Shown here: piece by piece, positions 63,246-64,000 of the stretch | How the letters are laid out: each line of letters opens with the position of its first letter | Position numbering within the stretch: position 1 is the stretch's first letter | Assembly (NCBI GenBank): GCA_963749525.1 | Contig: CAVVNC010000032.1 | Span: forward strand, 8,693-72,692 | Direction of reading: 5' to 3' | Source of the DNA: an uncultured delta proteobacterium | GTDB lineage: Bacteria; Desulfobacterota; Syntrophorhabdia; Syntrophorhabdales; WCHB1-27 | Length of the DNA: 64,000 bases | Program-made: the position numbers and the translations under genes | Notes under the pieces: model-generated | What the model was told of the DNA's origin: nothing | The model's database searches: none | The model's input: only the letters and a program-made list of their open reading frames with translations

Positions 63246-64000
63246 TCATGGTCGCGTACGAAAAACCACATCGGCAATTACGGGACGGTGCTCAGAGGCA
63301 TACTTCGTTCCTGCCCAGCAGGCACGCGCCGTGAGCTGCGGGGCCAACATGATGTGATCGATCCGTACCCACGAAGGATTACGCCAGTGGAGCCTGTGCC
63401 AGAGAAGGAAATGTCCGTATGTATAGCCGTAGCCCATTCCTGCTTCGGCAAAGGCATCGTGAAGCCCTGCGCGGCGAAGGGTTGCACACGCGAGCGATGC
63501 GTCCGGTGAGTTTAGGTCACCTGCGACGATAACCGGTTCCTGCTCTTGCTCGATGAGCTTTCTTAGGGCACGCGCCTGTGAAAAGCGGGCCTCCGCGTTC
63601 TCGTCAAGCTCCTCAATCGCTCCCGGCAGATACCGGGGTTCCCGTCGCGCCCGCATGAGGGCACCGAGCCCCTGCCTCGGCGACTGAAAATGCACGCTGT
63701 ACAGGATGACGGTCTTCGTGCCGATGTGCAGCCGACACCGCAGGCACGTCTGCTCCTCTCCGGAGAAAGGGTATCCGTCGAACCTCCGCTTCGTCTAAGG
63801 GAAATTTGCTCGCGATGATATATTCAGAGTCAGAGCGGACATTCCATCCCTGGAAGTAGCTTCCGATGGGCCCATTCAACAAATCCCACGCATCCTGCAT
63901 AAGGACCACATTGGGTCCGACCGCATCAATATCGAGGGCGATTGCCTGCTGCGTTATCTTGTTGAAGCCTCCGTACTTCACGTTCCAGGTCATGATCCGC
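63246..64000 (-). CDS. endonuclease/exonuclease/phosphatase (EEP) family protein; 5' end beyond window; frameshift near 63770
   Basis: RIMTWNVKYGG at the window edge. ORF 63246..63695 gives ...PVIVAGDLNSP...RIDHIM...SEHRPVIADV. The two ORF fragments are in different frames. Confidence 0.7.

Noticed and set aside
1-64000. tRNA, rRNA, tmRNA, RNase P or CRISPR loci
   Set aside because: I scanned by eye for cloverleaf-like acceptor/T-arm pairs, rRNA-like conserved blocks and spaced repeats, and found none. A tRNAscan/Infernal run would be needed for certainty.

Overview
GC-rich (about 60% by eye) bacterial chromosomal window, gene-dense. I recognised no rRNA, tRNA or CRISPR array.

**1-41.8 kb: core and transport genes.** NUDIX hydrolase, flavin reductase, modABC plus a mop gene, family-4 UDG, gatCA, valS, a pseudo-receiver response regulator, a dGTPase-like gene, an isochorismatase-family gene, a GH15-like gene, HIT and HNH genes, kdpDE plus kdpABC, a methyltransferase, a GNAT, a sigma factor next to a GAF-GAF-ANTAR gene, a HEAT-repeat protein, mtgA, NlpC/P60, mnmA, an S41 protease, an rlmD-like gene, an aldo/keto reductase and a bicupin.

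**41.8-55.3 kb: accessory and decay zone.**
- About 1 kb of repeat-dense non-coding DNA.
- A group II intron directly followed by an IS1182-family IS.
- An ltaE / SSS-transporter / CocE-NonD operon riddled with frameshifts.
- An IS-derived MITE.
- An orphan, lower-GC 674-aa protein with an unassignable Cys/His-rich N-terminal domain, three Ig-like repeats and its own near-consensus promoter. This is my best candidate for something new.

**55.3-64 kb.** A cusCBA-type heavy-metal RND operon bracketed by two Met-rich FixH/YtkA-like paralogs, then an EEP-family gene that runs off the right edge.

**Small interspersed repeats.** Four kinds are present: a roughly 120-bp hairpin MITE (4 copies), a nested 161-bp insert, a roughly 75-bp REP-like hairpin (3 copies) and the IS-derived MITE.

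**Caveat on the ORF track.** Many conserved genes, including essential valS, are split by single-nucleotide indels with a patchy distribution. I merged ORF-track fragments by hand. Assembly error is the most likely cause.

**Limits.** I found no convincing multi-gene novel system. Hand-derived boundaries are good to about +/-2 nt; the intron ends are much looser.
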